This document shows positions 1 to 9,906 of a stretch of DNA of 61,123 bases, piece by piece. The position numbers were made by a program, and so were the translations under genes. The notes under the pieces are model-generated. The model saw only the letters and a program-made list of their open reading frames with translations, was not told the DNA's origin and did no database searches. How positions within the stretch are numbered: position 1 is the stretch's first letter; the number at the start of each line of letters is the position of its first letter. The stretch comes from Clostridia bacterium (GTDB lineage Bacteria; Bacillota; Clostridia; UMGS1810): the NCBI GenBank assembly GCA_016293435.1, contig JAEDEG010000001.1, forward strand, positions 1-61,123. Reading direction: 5' to 3'.

Positions 1-101
1 CAATTTTTGGTTGTTGTCTTTTTTAATGTAACATATCTATTTTAACACTACAAATAACTAATTATTTTTTGCAATTTCATATATAAATACATAAATTTTA
101 G

Positions 102-130
102 TGGATTTTTTTTCCAATATGTGTTATAAT
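102..130 (+). promoter_or_regulatory. Candidate sigma-A promoter of the rubrerythrin gene
   Basis: Extended -10 TGtTATAAT at 122-130. Weak -35 TGGATT at 102-107 with a 17 nt spacer. Lies 32 nt upstream of the ATG at 162. Confidence 0.4.
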
Positions 131-161
131 AATAAAAAAATAATTTTTGGAGGTAATCAAC

Positions 162-701
162 ATGAAGAATCTGAAAGGAACACGAACAGAAGCCAACCTT
201 ATGGCTGCATTTGCCGGCGAAAGTCAGGCGAGAAACAAATACACATATTATGCAAGCAAAGCAAAAAAAGATGGATATGTGCAGATTGCACAATTATTTG
301 AAGAAACAGCAAATAACGAAAAAGAGCACGCAAAAATCTGGTTTAAGCTTTTGCATGACGGCATGCCCGATACAACGACAAACCTTGCGGATGCTGCTGC
401 AGGTGAAAACTTTGAATGGACAGATATGTATGCAAGAATGGCAAAAGAAGCTAAAGAAGAAGGTTTTGACCATATTGCATTTCTATTTGAGCAGGTGGCA
501 AAAATTGAAAAGGAACACGAAGAACGCTATCGCAAGTTACTTGCAAACATTGAAGACGGCATTGTATTTTCCAGAGAAGGTGATATGATCTGGCAGTGCT
601 CCAACTGCGGACATATTGTTGTAGGAAAAGCTGCACCCGATGTTTGTCCCGTTTGTGAGCATCCTAAAGCATATTTCCAGATTAAAGCTGAAAATTATTA
701 A
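162..701 (+). CDS. rbr: Rubrerythrin (ferritin-like diiron domain plus C-terminal rubredoxin-like CxxC...CxxC)
   Basis: Translation [31 protein letters not shown]...EKEH...EKEHEERY with C-terminal CSNCGH...CPVCEH. GGAGG at 149-153 sits 8 nt before the ATG at 162, so the track's TTG at 147 is not used. Confidence 0.92.
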   Translation: MKNLKGTRTEANLMAAFAGESQARNKYTYYASKAKKDGYVQIAQLFEETANNEKEHAKIWFKLLHDGMPDTTTNLADAAAGENFEWTDMYARMAKEAKEEGFDHIAFLFEQVAKIEKEHEERYRKLLANIEDGIVFSREGDMIWQCSNCGHIVVGKAAPDVCPVCEHPKAYFQIKAENY

Positions 702-735
702 TAATGAAAAATTATTTTGCTTTATAGGCTATTTA

Positions 736-764
736 TTGACAAATTTGCATTTTAGATATATAAT
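736..764 (+). promoter_or_regulatory. Consensus sigma-A promoter upstream of hydE
   Basis: TTGACA at 736-741, exact 17 nt spacer, TATAAT at 759-764. Confidence 0.6.
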
Positions 765-822
765 ACTCATGAAAATTTGATTTCTAAAACTATTTTGACT
801 ATGAGAAGTTGTGAGAGCGTAT

Positions 823-1881
823 ATGAAAATATCTGAAAAAACAATAAATCAGCTTTTAAGCGACAGAAATTTACCTGACAATGAGCTTAATGCACTGCTT
901 GAATCATCAGGGCTTGATGAATTGCTGTTCTCGTCAGCAGACGCTATACGGAGGAAAATTTACGGCGATGAAGTTTATATCCGCGGCTTGATCGAATTTA
1001 CCAACTATTGCAAAAACAATTGCTATTATTGTGGTATTCGCAAATATAATAAAAAAGCGGTAAGATACCGTCTCAGCAAAGATGAAATAATGTCATGCTG
1101 CAGCGAAGGTTACTCCTTGGGTTTTCGTACCTTTGTTTTGCAAGGCGGCGAAGATCCGTATTACAACGATAAGCTGATTTGCGAAATTGTTTCCGAAATC
1201 CGTGAAAGATATTCCGATTGTGCAATCACATTATCAATCGGAGAAAAATCAAAAGAAAGCTATCGTGCATATTTTAATGCAGGTGCAAACCGTTATCTTT
1301 TAAGACACGAAACGGCTGACGAAGAACATTATAAAAAGCTGCATCCCGAAAGCATGAGCCTGCAAAAAAGAAAACAATGCCTGTTTGAATTAAAGGAAAT
1401 TGGTTATCAGGTCGGTTCCGGATTTATGGTAGGTTCTCCTTATCAGACAACCGAAAATCTTATTTCCGATATTCGCTTTTTGCAGAGATTAAAACCGGAT
1501 ATGATTGGGATAGGGCCGTATATTAATCATGCACAAACACCGTTTGCAGATTTTGCCAATGGTAGTTTAGAGCTTACGCTGCGATTGATTTCGGTTCTTA
1601 GACTGATTTTTCCTTATGCATTAATTCCTGCAACAACCGCTCTTGGTACAATTCATCCGCAGGGCAGAGAATTGGGGCTTAAAGCAGGTGCAAATGTGGT
1701 AATGCCTAATCTTTCGCCCGTCAAGGTGCGTAAGTTATATGATTTATATGAGAACAAAATATGTACCGGTGAAGAGGCTGCACAATGCCGCGGATGTTTA
1801 GAGCGTCGAGTAAAGTCGGCAGGCTATAATATTGTGACATCGATAGGAAATGTGAAAAAGGAGGAGCAACATAGTGAATAG
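823..1881 (+). CDS. hydE: [FeFe]-hydrogenase maturase HydE (radical SAM)
   Basis: Radical SAM motif CKNNCYYCGIR, the block VLQGGEDPYY, and a C-terminal CX7CX2C (CTGEEAAQCRGC) typical of HydE. The ATG at 823 is preferred over the GTG at 811. The stop overlaps the mnmA start by 8 nt. Confidence 0.8.
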   Translation: MKISEKTINQLLSDRNLPDNELNALLESSGLDELLFSSADAIRRKIYGDEVYIRGLIEFTNYCKNNCYYCGIRKYNKKAVRYRLSKDEIMSCCSEGYSLGFRTFVLQGGEDPYYNDKLICEIVSEIRERYSDCAITLSIGEKSKESYRAYFNAGANRYLLRHETADEEHYKKLHPESMSLQKRKQCLFELKEIGYQVGSGFMVGSPYQTTENLISDIRFLQRLKPDMIGIGPYINHAQTPFADFANGSLELTLRLISVLRLIFPYALIPATTALGTIHPQGRELGLKAGANVVMPNLSPVKVRKLYDLYENKICTGEEAAQCRGCLERRVKSAGYNIVTSIGNVKKEEQHSE

Positions 1882-2947
1882 CAAGGCTGTTATAGCAATG
1901 AGTGGCGGTGTGGATTCGAGCGTTGCTGCATTTCTGATAAAAAGTCAGGGATATGATTGCATAGGCGCAACAATGAAGCTTTTTCACAATGAAGACATTT
2001 GCATTTCGCATGAAAAGTCATGCTGTTCTTTAGAGGATGTGGAGGATGCTCGCAATGTTGCATATTCTCTCGGCATCCCATACTATGTTTTTAACTTTAC
2101 AGATAGATTTCGAGAGGATGTCATTGATCGCTTCGTAAATTCGTATGAAACAGGTACAACACCAAATCCATGCATTGACTGCAACAGATATTTGAAATTT
2201 GAAAAGTTGTTTTTAAGAGCACGGGAACTAAATTATGATTATGTTGTAACAGGACATTACTCACGGATTGAATTTAATAAAGCTTTGGGAAGATATCTTT
2301 TAAAAAAAGCGATTGACGAAACAAAAGATCAAAGCTATGTCCTCTATTCCATGACTCAAGAGCAGCTTGCACATACGCTTTTCCCTCTGGGAGCTTTGAG
2401 AAAAACCGAGGTGCGAAAAATTGCTGAAAGTCATGGGTTTGTTAATGCAAAAAAACATGACAGTCAGGATATTTGTTTTGTTCAAAAAGGAACATATGCA
2501 AACTTTATTAAGCAATATACCGGCAAGGAATATCCTCACGGCGATTTCGTTTTGAAAGATGGTACCGTTTTAGGTGAGCACAAAGGTATTATTAACTATA
2601 CTATAGGGCAACGCAAGGGACTCGGAATTGCATATAAGGAGCCCCTATATGTAACTGAAATAGATGTATCCAATAACACGGTGGTTCTTGGGACAGACAG
2701 AGATTTGTTCTCTAAAACACTTACCGCAAACAACATCAATTTGATTTCGGTGAGCAGCATCGAAAAGCCTACGCGCATAAAAGCAAAGGTACGCTATCGC
2801 CAGGTTGAACAACCTGCAACAGTAACGCAAATCGGGGACGATTCTATCGCTGTAGAATTTGATGAGCCTCAGCGAGCCATTACAAAAGGACAGGCAGTTG
2901 TTTTGTATGACGGCGATACCATCTTGGGAGGCGGAACAATACAATAG
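1874..2947 (+). CDS. mnmA: tRNA-specific 2-thiouridylase MnmA
   Basis: PP-loop AMSGGVDSSVAA, the motifs NPCIDCN and KDQSYVLY, and full-length colinearity with MnmA. GTG start at 1874. Confidence 0.93.
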   Translation: MNSKAVIAMSGGVDSSVAAFLIKSQGYDCIGATMKLFHNEDICISHEKSCCSLEDVEDARNVAYSLGIPYYVFNFTDRFREDVIDRFVNSYETGTTPNPCIDCNRYLKFEKLFLRARELNYDYVVTGHYSRIEFNKALGRYLLKKAIDETKDQSYVLYSMTQEQLAHTLFPLGALRKTEVRKIAESHGFVNAKKHDSQDICFVQKGTYANFIKQYTGKEYPHGDFVLKDGTVLGEHKGIINYTIGQRKGLGIAYKEPLYVTEIDVSNNTVVLGTDRDLFSKTLTANNINLISVSSIEKPTRIKAKVRYRQVEQPATVTQIGDDSIAVEFDEPQRAITKGQAVVLYDGDTILGGGTIQ

Positions 2948-3012
2948 CTTATGTCATTTTTTTGAAAATACATCATATATGTAAATTAATAATTTGTTGA
3001 TTTTACTGCTAT

Positions 3013-3055
3013 CATAGTACACCTGGCATTTTGTTTCTATACCAGGTGTACTATG
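3013..3055. terminator. Perfect 14 bp inverted repeat (15 nt loop) between convergent mnmA and the glycosidase-like gene; possible bidirectional terminator
   Basis: CATAGTACACCTGG (3013-3026) pairs with CCAGGTGTACTATG (3042-3055). There is no clear U-tract on either side. Confidence 0.35.
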
Positions 3056-3163
3056 TAATTCCGGGTGAACATTCCAATAGAGTTGCTACAGCTTTAATTT
3101 CAACAATCTTGGTCTCACAGCTTAACTACAGCTTAACTCACACATGAAGTGTCATTGCCGGAC

Positions 3164-5509
3164 TTATATTTCACTTTTGTAATCAAAAACAGAACTTGTA
3201 TTACCGGTTTTTAAAACAACTTTCCCTAATAGTCCCGATGGCAATCGATGCTTTGTATAACGATTTGCCTGTGTATTACATACTGAAACCCTTATGGTGT
3301 TTTTTCCTTTTTGCAGTAACCTTGTAATGTCAAACTCATATGGTGCCCATAGGCGAAAACCTGCCGATTCATCGTTTACTGTCACTTCTGCATGTTCATG
3401 TACTTCTCCCAAATCCATTATAACGCACTCTTCTTTATCGCTGTTCCATTTAAATTCCGTTTCGTATGTCATAGTACCACAAAAATCTTTGGTTTCCTCT
3501 TTTTCCGTCCATGAGCCAAGTGTGACACTCTTCCCTCCAATGCTCCAATGCTCAAGTTTTATCTCACTCACTGTTTTAGTTCTTTTATTAAAACAAATTT
3601 CTATGCGCTTTTCGGGATTTGTTCCAACTGCTAAAATTAAGCTTTCTCTGCGGCGCAGTCGCAGAGGCATACCGTCATATGGCTCAATCGTTCCTTGCCA
3701 CGCATCCAAAACATAAATTTTATCTGATGCATAAATTGAAAGTTTACCCGAAATTTCCTGCTCTCCTTCGTTAACCAAAATATAGAAATGCTCGGTGTCT
3801 TTTACAATATGACTCACACGCAAGTCAAGCGATTGCGGCGTTATTATTGCATCTTTTTCGACAAAATCCACAACATCATTTGCATTTTTGGGACAAATGA
3901 TCACTTGTCCTCCCGACTCCTCAAAAGCACGTACCTTATCACTGATAAGAGATTCTTTTTCTATAATTAATGTACTATATTGTTGCTTATTAATATGCAA
4001 CATACCGTTTAATATAGTGACGGCGTCACTTCCTAAAAGAGCTTCTTCCAAATAATTAAACTCAATTTGATTTTCATACAACCAACGCACAGATTCGTGA
4101 GGCAAGCTATCCGATTCGCACAAAACCGCAACTCTTGCTGTATTAAAGCTATCAGTCATCATAGCACACATTCTTTTAATATATGTGGAAATCCGACTGT
4201 AATATTTCCACCAGATATTATTCGGCCCAACATCAGGCGGGCGTTCGCCGAATCGTCTTTCTCCGCGGACAGAATAAAAGAACGCATGTGGCACAAGCAG
4301 ATTAACGCCGCGCAGAGTAAGCCAGTCAATCATCCATTTCATATCGTCAGCTGTATATGACCACTCAATGCCGTTTTTGCCGCAGCACGCAAAACATTCA
4401 TTTAAATTACGACGCAAACCTCTGTGGCGTGCAAAATCTGATGTGCATTTTGCCTGTGTTGTTTCTGTGCCGCAAACTCCTTTGTGCTCTTCGGGTGCAA
4501 CGCGGCGAAAAATCAAGTCCTGCCCCGGAATATGAAAACATTTAAGTAGGCCTATATCATTCGATTCTGCCGGATGACCCGAAAGCGCAATTTTGTGTGA
4601 TACACACCAATCTGAAATCGGTCGATAATAGCTTTCTGTCAATTCGTATTCTAACAATTTTTTAAATGACCTGCGAACTTTATCGGTTTGCTCACCGATA
4701 TCATACCACAAAGCAGGCAATTGCTCTGCCATAATTCCCCATGATTCTGCTTTTTCCAAAAAACCATTTGTCCAAGCCACCATACGTGCATCTCCTTCGC
4801 GACCCATAATGCATGGTTCATCGGTAAACATTGCAATCACGGTATTTCCAAAGTATTCTTTAAGCGCTTTGTAATATTTCTCGTGAGTCAAGCGTATAAA
4901 GCATGCTGTTGCTTCAGGATTGAGTAAATCCGCAGATTTCGGTGGATTTTCCCAATCGTCCTCACCAATATGAATTCCGCGGATGTGGCCTCCTGTAAAA
5001 CCACAAATTAAGTGCAAAAAAACATGTTTGTCAGGGAGTTTTCCGCCTGAAAAACGCTTCACGCTTCCTTGCTCAATAGCATTTCCACATTTTCTCGCCG
5101 TTAGGCTACAAACTATTTTTTCACCATCTAAAAGCACAGGATCTGAGCTGCTTGACTCCTCTATTCGCAAACCCCGCGATGCATATTCTGCATTTTCGGC
5201 TACAACCATACCATGCGCTGACCCCGAGGGATACATTCCCTCGTCATAGAGAATAACTCTCATTCCTAAGCGATGAGCCTCTTTTACTGCGCATTTAACA
5301 TATGCCATAAATCCTTCTGACAAATATTCCGGCTCCTTTGGCAATCCTATACGCGGATGCAGAACAAAGCCATTAACTCCTTTTTCATAAAAATCTTGAA
5401 TCTGCCGTATAATTTCTTCCTCTGAAAGAGTGTCATTCCAAAACCAGAACGGGATCGGGCTAAACTCCTCTGACGGATAAATGAAACTGTTTTTTATTTG
5501 CTCATCCAT
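3164..5509 (-). CDS. Cytoplasmic glycoside-hydrolase-like protein (TIM-barrel-like N-terminus, C-terminal galactose-binding jelly roll; GH106-like/GH2-like architecture)
   Basis: No signal peptide. N-terminal PIPFWFWND...GVNGFVLHPRIGLP. The C-terminal block LGEVHEHAEVTVNDESAGFRLWAPYEFDITRLLQKGKNTIRVSVCN resembles glycosidase sugar-binding jelly rolls. The ATG at 5509 follows GGAG with a 7 nt spacing. Confidence 0.55.
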   Translation of the reverse strand: MDEQIKNSFIYPSEEFSPIPFWFWNDTLSEEEIIRQIQDFYEKGVNGFVLHPRIGLPKEPEYLSEGFMAYVKCAVKEAHRLGMRVILYDEGMYPSGSAHGMVVAENAEYASRGLRIEESSSSDPVLLDGEKIVCSLTARKCGNAIEQGSVKRFSGGKLPDKHVFLHLICGFTGGHIRGIHIGEDDWENPPKSADLLNPEATACFIRLTHEKYYKALKEYFGNTVIAMFTDEPCIMGREGDARMVAWTNGFLEKAESWGIMAEQLPALWYDIGEQTDKVRRSFKKLLEYELTESYYRPISDWCVSHKIALSGHPAESNDIGLLKCFHIPGQDLIFRRVAPEEHKGVCGTETTQAKCTSDFARHRGLRRNLNECFACCGKNGIEWSYTADDMKWMIDWLTLRGVNLLVPHAFFYSVRGERRFGERPPDVGPNNIWWKYYSRISTYIKRMCAMMTDSFNTARVAVLCESDSLPHESVRWLYENQIEFNYLEEALLGSDAVTILNGMLHINKQQYSTLIIEKESLISDKVRAFEESGGQVIICPKNANDVVDFVEKDAIITPQSLDLRVSHIVKDTEHFYILVNEGEQEISGKLSIYASDKIYVLDAWQGTIEPYDGMPLRLRRRESLILAVGTNPEKRIEICFNKRTKTVSEIKLEHWSIGGKSVTLGSWTEKEETKDFCGTMTYETEFKWNSDKEECVIMDLGEVHEHAEVTVNDESAGFRLWAPYEFDITRLLQKGKNTIRVSVCNTQANRYTKHRLPSGLLGKVVLKTGNTSSVFDYKSEI

Positions 5510-5698
5510 AACAAACTCCATTTCTAAAGGGATAAACCATTAAATCCGAGCTCTTGATTTACCTGATTTTTCCTATTTGTGAATATTCGCGATATACATA
5601 ATAAGTATAGATATTTTAGAGTGCATAGTCATAATCACTTAAATATTTTGAGTGTTTTGAGATATTTCACAGAACAGCTTTTTTGCCCCCCTGTGGGA

Positions 5699-8600
5699 TC
5701 ATCTAATCAGTTGGACACAAGTAAAATTGCAAAGTGGCATCAATTCATCATTCCAAAGCATGGCTTTCACTGATTGAGTCCCTTTCGGCACAGGAAAATC
5801 CTCCTGCCAGTCAACGGACGAAATCTCTGCGCCTTTAATCTTTTTAAATTGGATAGATTTCAGTTCTTTTCCCGAGTATGCCGCTAAAAACATAGTGATA
5901 TTTTCTTGTGCACATTCTGCCATTTGTGGAATTCGAGCATACACCTGTGCTGTGTAGCTGTCACAAATTACCGTTAACGACGCCCTCTCTGCGAGCGGTG
6001 TAAGCTTTTCTGCACGATAGTTGCGACACGAAAATTCCGCACCTTTCTCCGCCGTTGTGTATTGCAGTTTGCTCAAGGCAATGGCATATGCCGCCGTATT
6101 CGGTTCATTGAACATCACCCATTTTCCGTCAATTTTCACGCTGCATAGCCCCGAATCCAAATCCACCAGTAGCATAATAGGAATCCATTCACCCGGAATG
6201 TACTGGCCACCTCCCAGTATTTGACCATTTGAAATTAATAAGGTGTCATTTAAAAACCAATCGTTTACTTGCTCACTCTTACACTCAAATTCCAATGTTC
6301 CGGAAACAGATGACAACTTTACCTCGCACGATACTGCAAAAATCCCATCTGTGTGCTCTTTGCCTGGTGTTTCTGTTCGAAAATCCATCCAAATAGCAGA
6401 CGAACCATCCGAAACCAATGTAGCACCGTCCGTTGAATATTTAAGCGTTCCTTTTTTTTGAAAAAACCAATTATCATCAGTATCCTCTCTAATCCCATCA
6501 AATCCCGTTAACTCATTTTCATACAGCACTTTTCTGCTATATTTTTTTACCACAAACCTTGCCGCTGTGCTTTCTCGATTGCCCGCTGCATCGATTGACT
6601 CCAATTTGGCAGTATGAATTCCCACGCCAAGTGTTGACACATCAATTTTATCCATTGCATACGGTCTGCCACACACAAGCGGCAAGTTGTATTTTTCCGC
6701 GCCATCCACAAACAGCTTTGCCTCCGATGTTCCATGAGGAAGCTGCACAGTTGCACCAAGCACTCCCTCTCCGTTAACCGAAACATCCAGAAGCATCAGC
6801 TCAGCCTTTGCCTCCTCGCTTGAAGTTGTCCAGGACTCCAACTCAAGAAAGGTCAGCGGCGCTGCGGTGTAGTCCTCGCGAACAGGAATCAGTTTAACCG
6901 AAATGGCAAGATCTCCGCTCGTCTCCTCGACATGTACTGCCAACTTGCGTATACCTGCATTGCTTGATTGTCCCGGAATTGTCGGTGAAGAAGGCAGCGG
7001 TGACGGTGCCATATCCAAAAGCTCAAAATTGGATGCGTTCGAATAAACCTCTACACGCAAAATTTTGCCGTTCTCTGTTAAAATAGCTGTGTTTTTATCT
7101 ATTATTTCAATATTTGCAGGAGTGTGCATAAACCAATACACCTCCGAGCTGCTCCTAAGACTCATTTCATCCTGCACAGTAAGCGTATTTCTATTGTCAC
7201 CGAAAAAATATCCACGATGATAACTCGTTACATCACGCTCATATGCTTCTGAAAGGTCGAGTATTGCCAATGCCTCTGTCTCGCTCGTTTCCTTTCGATA
7301 CAGTCCTGCATACGCATCCAACTTCTGACCGTAGTAGTCGTTTCCGTCTGCGGTCGGATTGATGACCACACAGTTTTCGCCCTCAGGGCGCTTGCGATAT
7401 ATCTGATATCCCACATCAGCAAAATAGTTTGGAATACTGTAGTCATCTTTTCCTAAGTCCTTTGCCCAAGAAACACCGTCAGCTTCAAATATGAACGATC
7501 CCAAATCCAGCATATCGTGATACAAATGTGTCCATCCGCCATGGAAACCGACAAAAGTCGGGTGCACCACATCAAAATTGTTTCGGAAGCTGCCGGTATC
7601 AATTCCCGAAAAATATTTATCAAGTGGCTGTTCTGCAGTATCTACTGCACCGCTTTGGTCTATCATTTTGCTGTAATACAACAGTCCAAGCGCATCCATC
7701 GGCGCACGACGCAGACGATTCTGCTCCCACGCCTGCTGTGCTGTTTCATATTCGCCGTAGCGCAGACCAAACCAATACGGAAATCCCACCGTCAAAGCAC
7801 CCGGAGTACTGTCATGAAAATTAAAGCTTTCCTCCGGCGTTTGCAAATAGACAAATAGGCTGCCCGCTTTCGAAAAGCCACGTACCGAGCCAAGGCCATA
7901 ATCTGTTCCACAACAGTGAAACAAAGCTTCTGTGGAAAGCACCAGATTGCGCAGCATATACTCCGCGTAACCCACACCTTCATAATATCCACCGTCCGGA
8001 TAAAACAGTGATACGGCAATTTCATTGGACTTGATTACATTTTCCAATAAATAGCTTATCTCCTCAAAAAATTTTGTTTCATCTGCCATCGCAAGCGCTA
8101 GTGCCATTACTCCGCCGCCAACAACTCCCGAAAAATTATCCCGAATTACAGGCCAATGAGCACCTCCCTCACCGCGATACGCGCGAATACTATCAGCAAA
8201 AGCGAGTCTTGATGATGCCTCGCGCATAAGCTCTAATGTTTCCTGTCCATACGTTGTTTCTATCATATAATTATAAAAGGAGTCATAGCCTATCGCCATT
8301 CCCATCGCCCAGTGTCCGGTTGTCAGATTCGAGGATGAAAGTCCCAGCGATGTCCATTGGCACAACGTCTTTATGTATGTAATAGCTTCATCAGCATATA
8401 CTTCGTTTCCTGTTAAAAGATATCCCTCTGCCAGTTTTCGCACAGCCTCCTGAAAGTTTCTCGCTTGCATTTGCTTATCAGAATCTGCACAATCTGCCGT
8501 AAAGGATGCCGAAAGTCCCATAGAGATGTTTGCCTCTGCCGTCACGCGAGCCAGTGCCGAATTCCAATTTAAATCTGTCTTGCCTTTTTCTTCAATATAC

Positions 8601-9793
8601 GCAAGGTCTTCGGACGTATACAATATTCTCGGATGCTGACCTTCGACATTTCGCTTAATGTCTGACATCATCTGCTCTCCGCTCGGATGCTCAAATTGCA
8701 GATAGCGATAAATCAAATCTGCCATATCGTACATATCGATAAAATGCTCTGAATCACCGTATTCATATTTTTCTGACGACAAGACGGCTATGCCTCGCTC
8801 ATCGTAGTAAAATTGCTTTCCGAGTTTTGACGCAATCTCTGAAAGCGAAAGATAAACTTCGTTGTTTTTCTGCACAGCAGAAAAGCTTCCTACCCCCGAA
8901 AGCGTAACCGTACTGCCGTTTTTTTCGATTGAATATTCCAAAATGTCACTAACAAATGCACTTGAAACATACACCGTCCCATCCGAAACAATCGGTCTGT
9001 GTGCCACTGTGGGATAGCTCTTGCGTGTGTTATTTTGATAATAATAGTTACTGTAAACTGCATAGGCTTCTTTATCTGCCAGCGCGTTTCGTGCCGCATC
9101 ATAGTTATCCATTATAGAATCGGGATTGTTCATCACACTGTCCTCTGCAGCAGGTGACGTTCCCGAATAAATTCGCAAATCATCTATATAGACATCCACA
9201 TCTCCTGCACCGCTTTTATTGACAACGTCAATGCGCAGGGTGGATGGACGCAGAGTACCCACATAAATAGAACTCCAAGTTAAAACACCATTCATATATA
9301 TATCGCATCTGCCATTTTTTACATTATAAACTGCACTGTAGCGTATCCATTCGCCGGTTTTCCATCGACCTACAGGCTTTTGGGATAAGTAAATGGTTCC
9401 GTCCGTCGTTATGCGTGACCCGATTCTCCACTTAGGATGTACCGCAGTTTTAGCATCAAACAAACCAATATACGCTCCGGAGCCGCTTAATGCATTTACC
9501 TTTAGACGCAACTCAACCACATAGTTGTCTGCCGCCTCTAAAGATGGACAGATAACATCTGCATAGGCACTGTTAGATGTGCCCATCGGTTCCAAAAAGT
9601 GCAAAACACCCTCTCCGCTTACCGTTTCGCGAGTGATGATCCCGTCATAGCTACTGACAGCAATACCGATGCTCTCATCAAAATTCTCCGATACATATAC
9701 CACGCGCTCGTCGGCAGCCCGCACTGATGTTGGAAACAAATTTGCAGACAACAAAAACAATATTGCAGTTAAAAAACTTATTTCTCTTTTCAT
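5699..9793 (-). CDS. Secreted 1364 aa heparinase II/III-fold (alginate-lyase-like toroid) multidomain protein, paralog F
   Basis: Signal peptide MKREISFLTAILFLLSANLFPTSVRA. A LamG-like module ends in VDVYIDDLRIYSG, followed by a copper-amine-oxidase-N-like segment. Lyase-fold blocks are HPRILYTSEDL, LTTGHWAMGMAIGYDSFYNY, YPDGGYYEGVGYAEYMLRN, FVGFHGGWTHLYHDMLDLGSFIFEADG and YRKRPEGENCVVINP. Ig-like and LamG-like modules follow, then the shared C-terminal module. Confidence 0.75.
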   Translation of the reverse strand: MKREISFLTAILFLLSANLFPTSVRAADERVVYVSENFDESIGIAVSSYDGIITRETVSGEGVLHFLEPMGTSNSAYADVICPSLEAADNYVVELRLKVNALSGSGAYIGLFDAKTAVHPKWRIGSRITTDGTIYLSQKPVGRWKTGEWIRYSAVYNVKNGRCDIYMNGVLTWSSIYVGTLRPSTLRIDVVNKSGAGDVDVYIDDLRIYSGTSPAAEDSVMNNPDSIMDNYDAARNALADKEAYAVYSNYYYQNNTRKSYPTVAHRPIVSDGTVYVSSAFVSDILEYSIEKNGSTVTLSGVGSFSAVQKNNEVYLSLSEIASKLGKQFYYDERGIAVLSSEKYEYGDSEHFIDMYDMADLIYRYLQFEHPSGEQMMSDIKRNVEGQHPRILYTSEDLAYIEEKGKTDLNWNSALARVTAEANISMGLSASFTADCADSDKQMQARNFQEAVRKLAEGYLLTGNEVYADEAITYIKTLCQWTSLGLSSSNLTTGHWAMGMAIGYDSFYNYMIETTYGQETLELMREASSRLAFADSIRAYRGEGGAHWPVIRDNFSGVVGGGVMALALAMADETKFFEEISYLLENVIKSNEIAVSLFYPDGGYYEGVGYAEYMLRNLVLSTEALFHCCGTDYGLGSVRGFSKAGSLFVYLQTPEESFNFHDSTPGALTVGFPYWFGLRYGEYETAQQAWEQNRLRRAPMDALGLLYYSKMIDQSGAVDTAEQPLDKYFSGIDTGSFRNNFDVVHPTFVGFHGGWTHLYHDMLDLGSFIFEADGVSWAKDLGKDDYSIPNYFADVGYQIYRKRPEGENCVVINPTADGNDYYGQKLDAYAGLYRKETSETEALAILDLSEAYERDVTSYHRGYFFGDNRNTLTVQDEMSLRSSSEVYWFMHTPANIEIIDKNTAILTENGKILRVEVYSNASNFELLDMAPSPLPSSPTIPGQSSNAGIRKLAVHVEETSGDLAISVKLIPVREDYTAAPLTFLELESWTTSSEEAKAELMLLDVSVNGEGVLGATVQLPHGTSEAKLFVDGAEKYNLPLVCGRPYAMDKIDVSTLGVGIHTAKLESIDAAGNRESTAARFVVKKYSRKVLYENELTGFDGIREDTDDNWFFQKKGTLKYSTDGATLVSDGSSAIWMDFRTETPGKEHTDGIFAVSCEVKLSSVSGTLEFECKSEQVNDWFLNDTLLISNGQILGGGQYIPGEWIPIMLLVDLDSGLCSVKIDGKWVMFNEPNTAAYAIALSKLQYTTAEKGAEFSCRNYRAEKLTPLAERASLTVICDSYTAQVYARIPQMAECAQENITMFLAAYSGKELKSIQFKKIKGAEISSVDWQEDFPVPKGTQSVKAMLWNDELMPLCNFTCVQLIR

Positions 9794-9815
9794 TATCCAA
9801 CCTCACAACCGGCAA

Positions 9816-9869
9816 GGGGAACTACAGAGCAAATTTGATTGCATCAAACCGTAGCCTCTGTAATTCCCC
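9816..9869 (-). other. Intercistronic compound stem-loop between gene E and lyase-like gene F
   Basis: GGGGAACTACAGAG (9816-9829) pairs with CTCTGTAATTCCCC (9856-9869) with one mismatch or wobble. An inner hairpin TTTGAT-tgc-ATCAAA lies in the loop. No U-tract follows on the coding (minus) strand. Confidence 0.45.
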
Positions 9870-9906
9870 TCCACCAATCAAGTCTATGCGTTCGTTTTAC
9901 TATGCT

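Noticed and set aside
3117-3138. Perfect tandem duplication of the 11-mer ACAGCTTAACT.
   Set aside because: It has only two units in a convergent intergenic spacer, with no associated structure or gene. It is too short to interpret.
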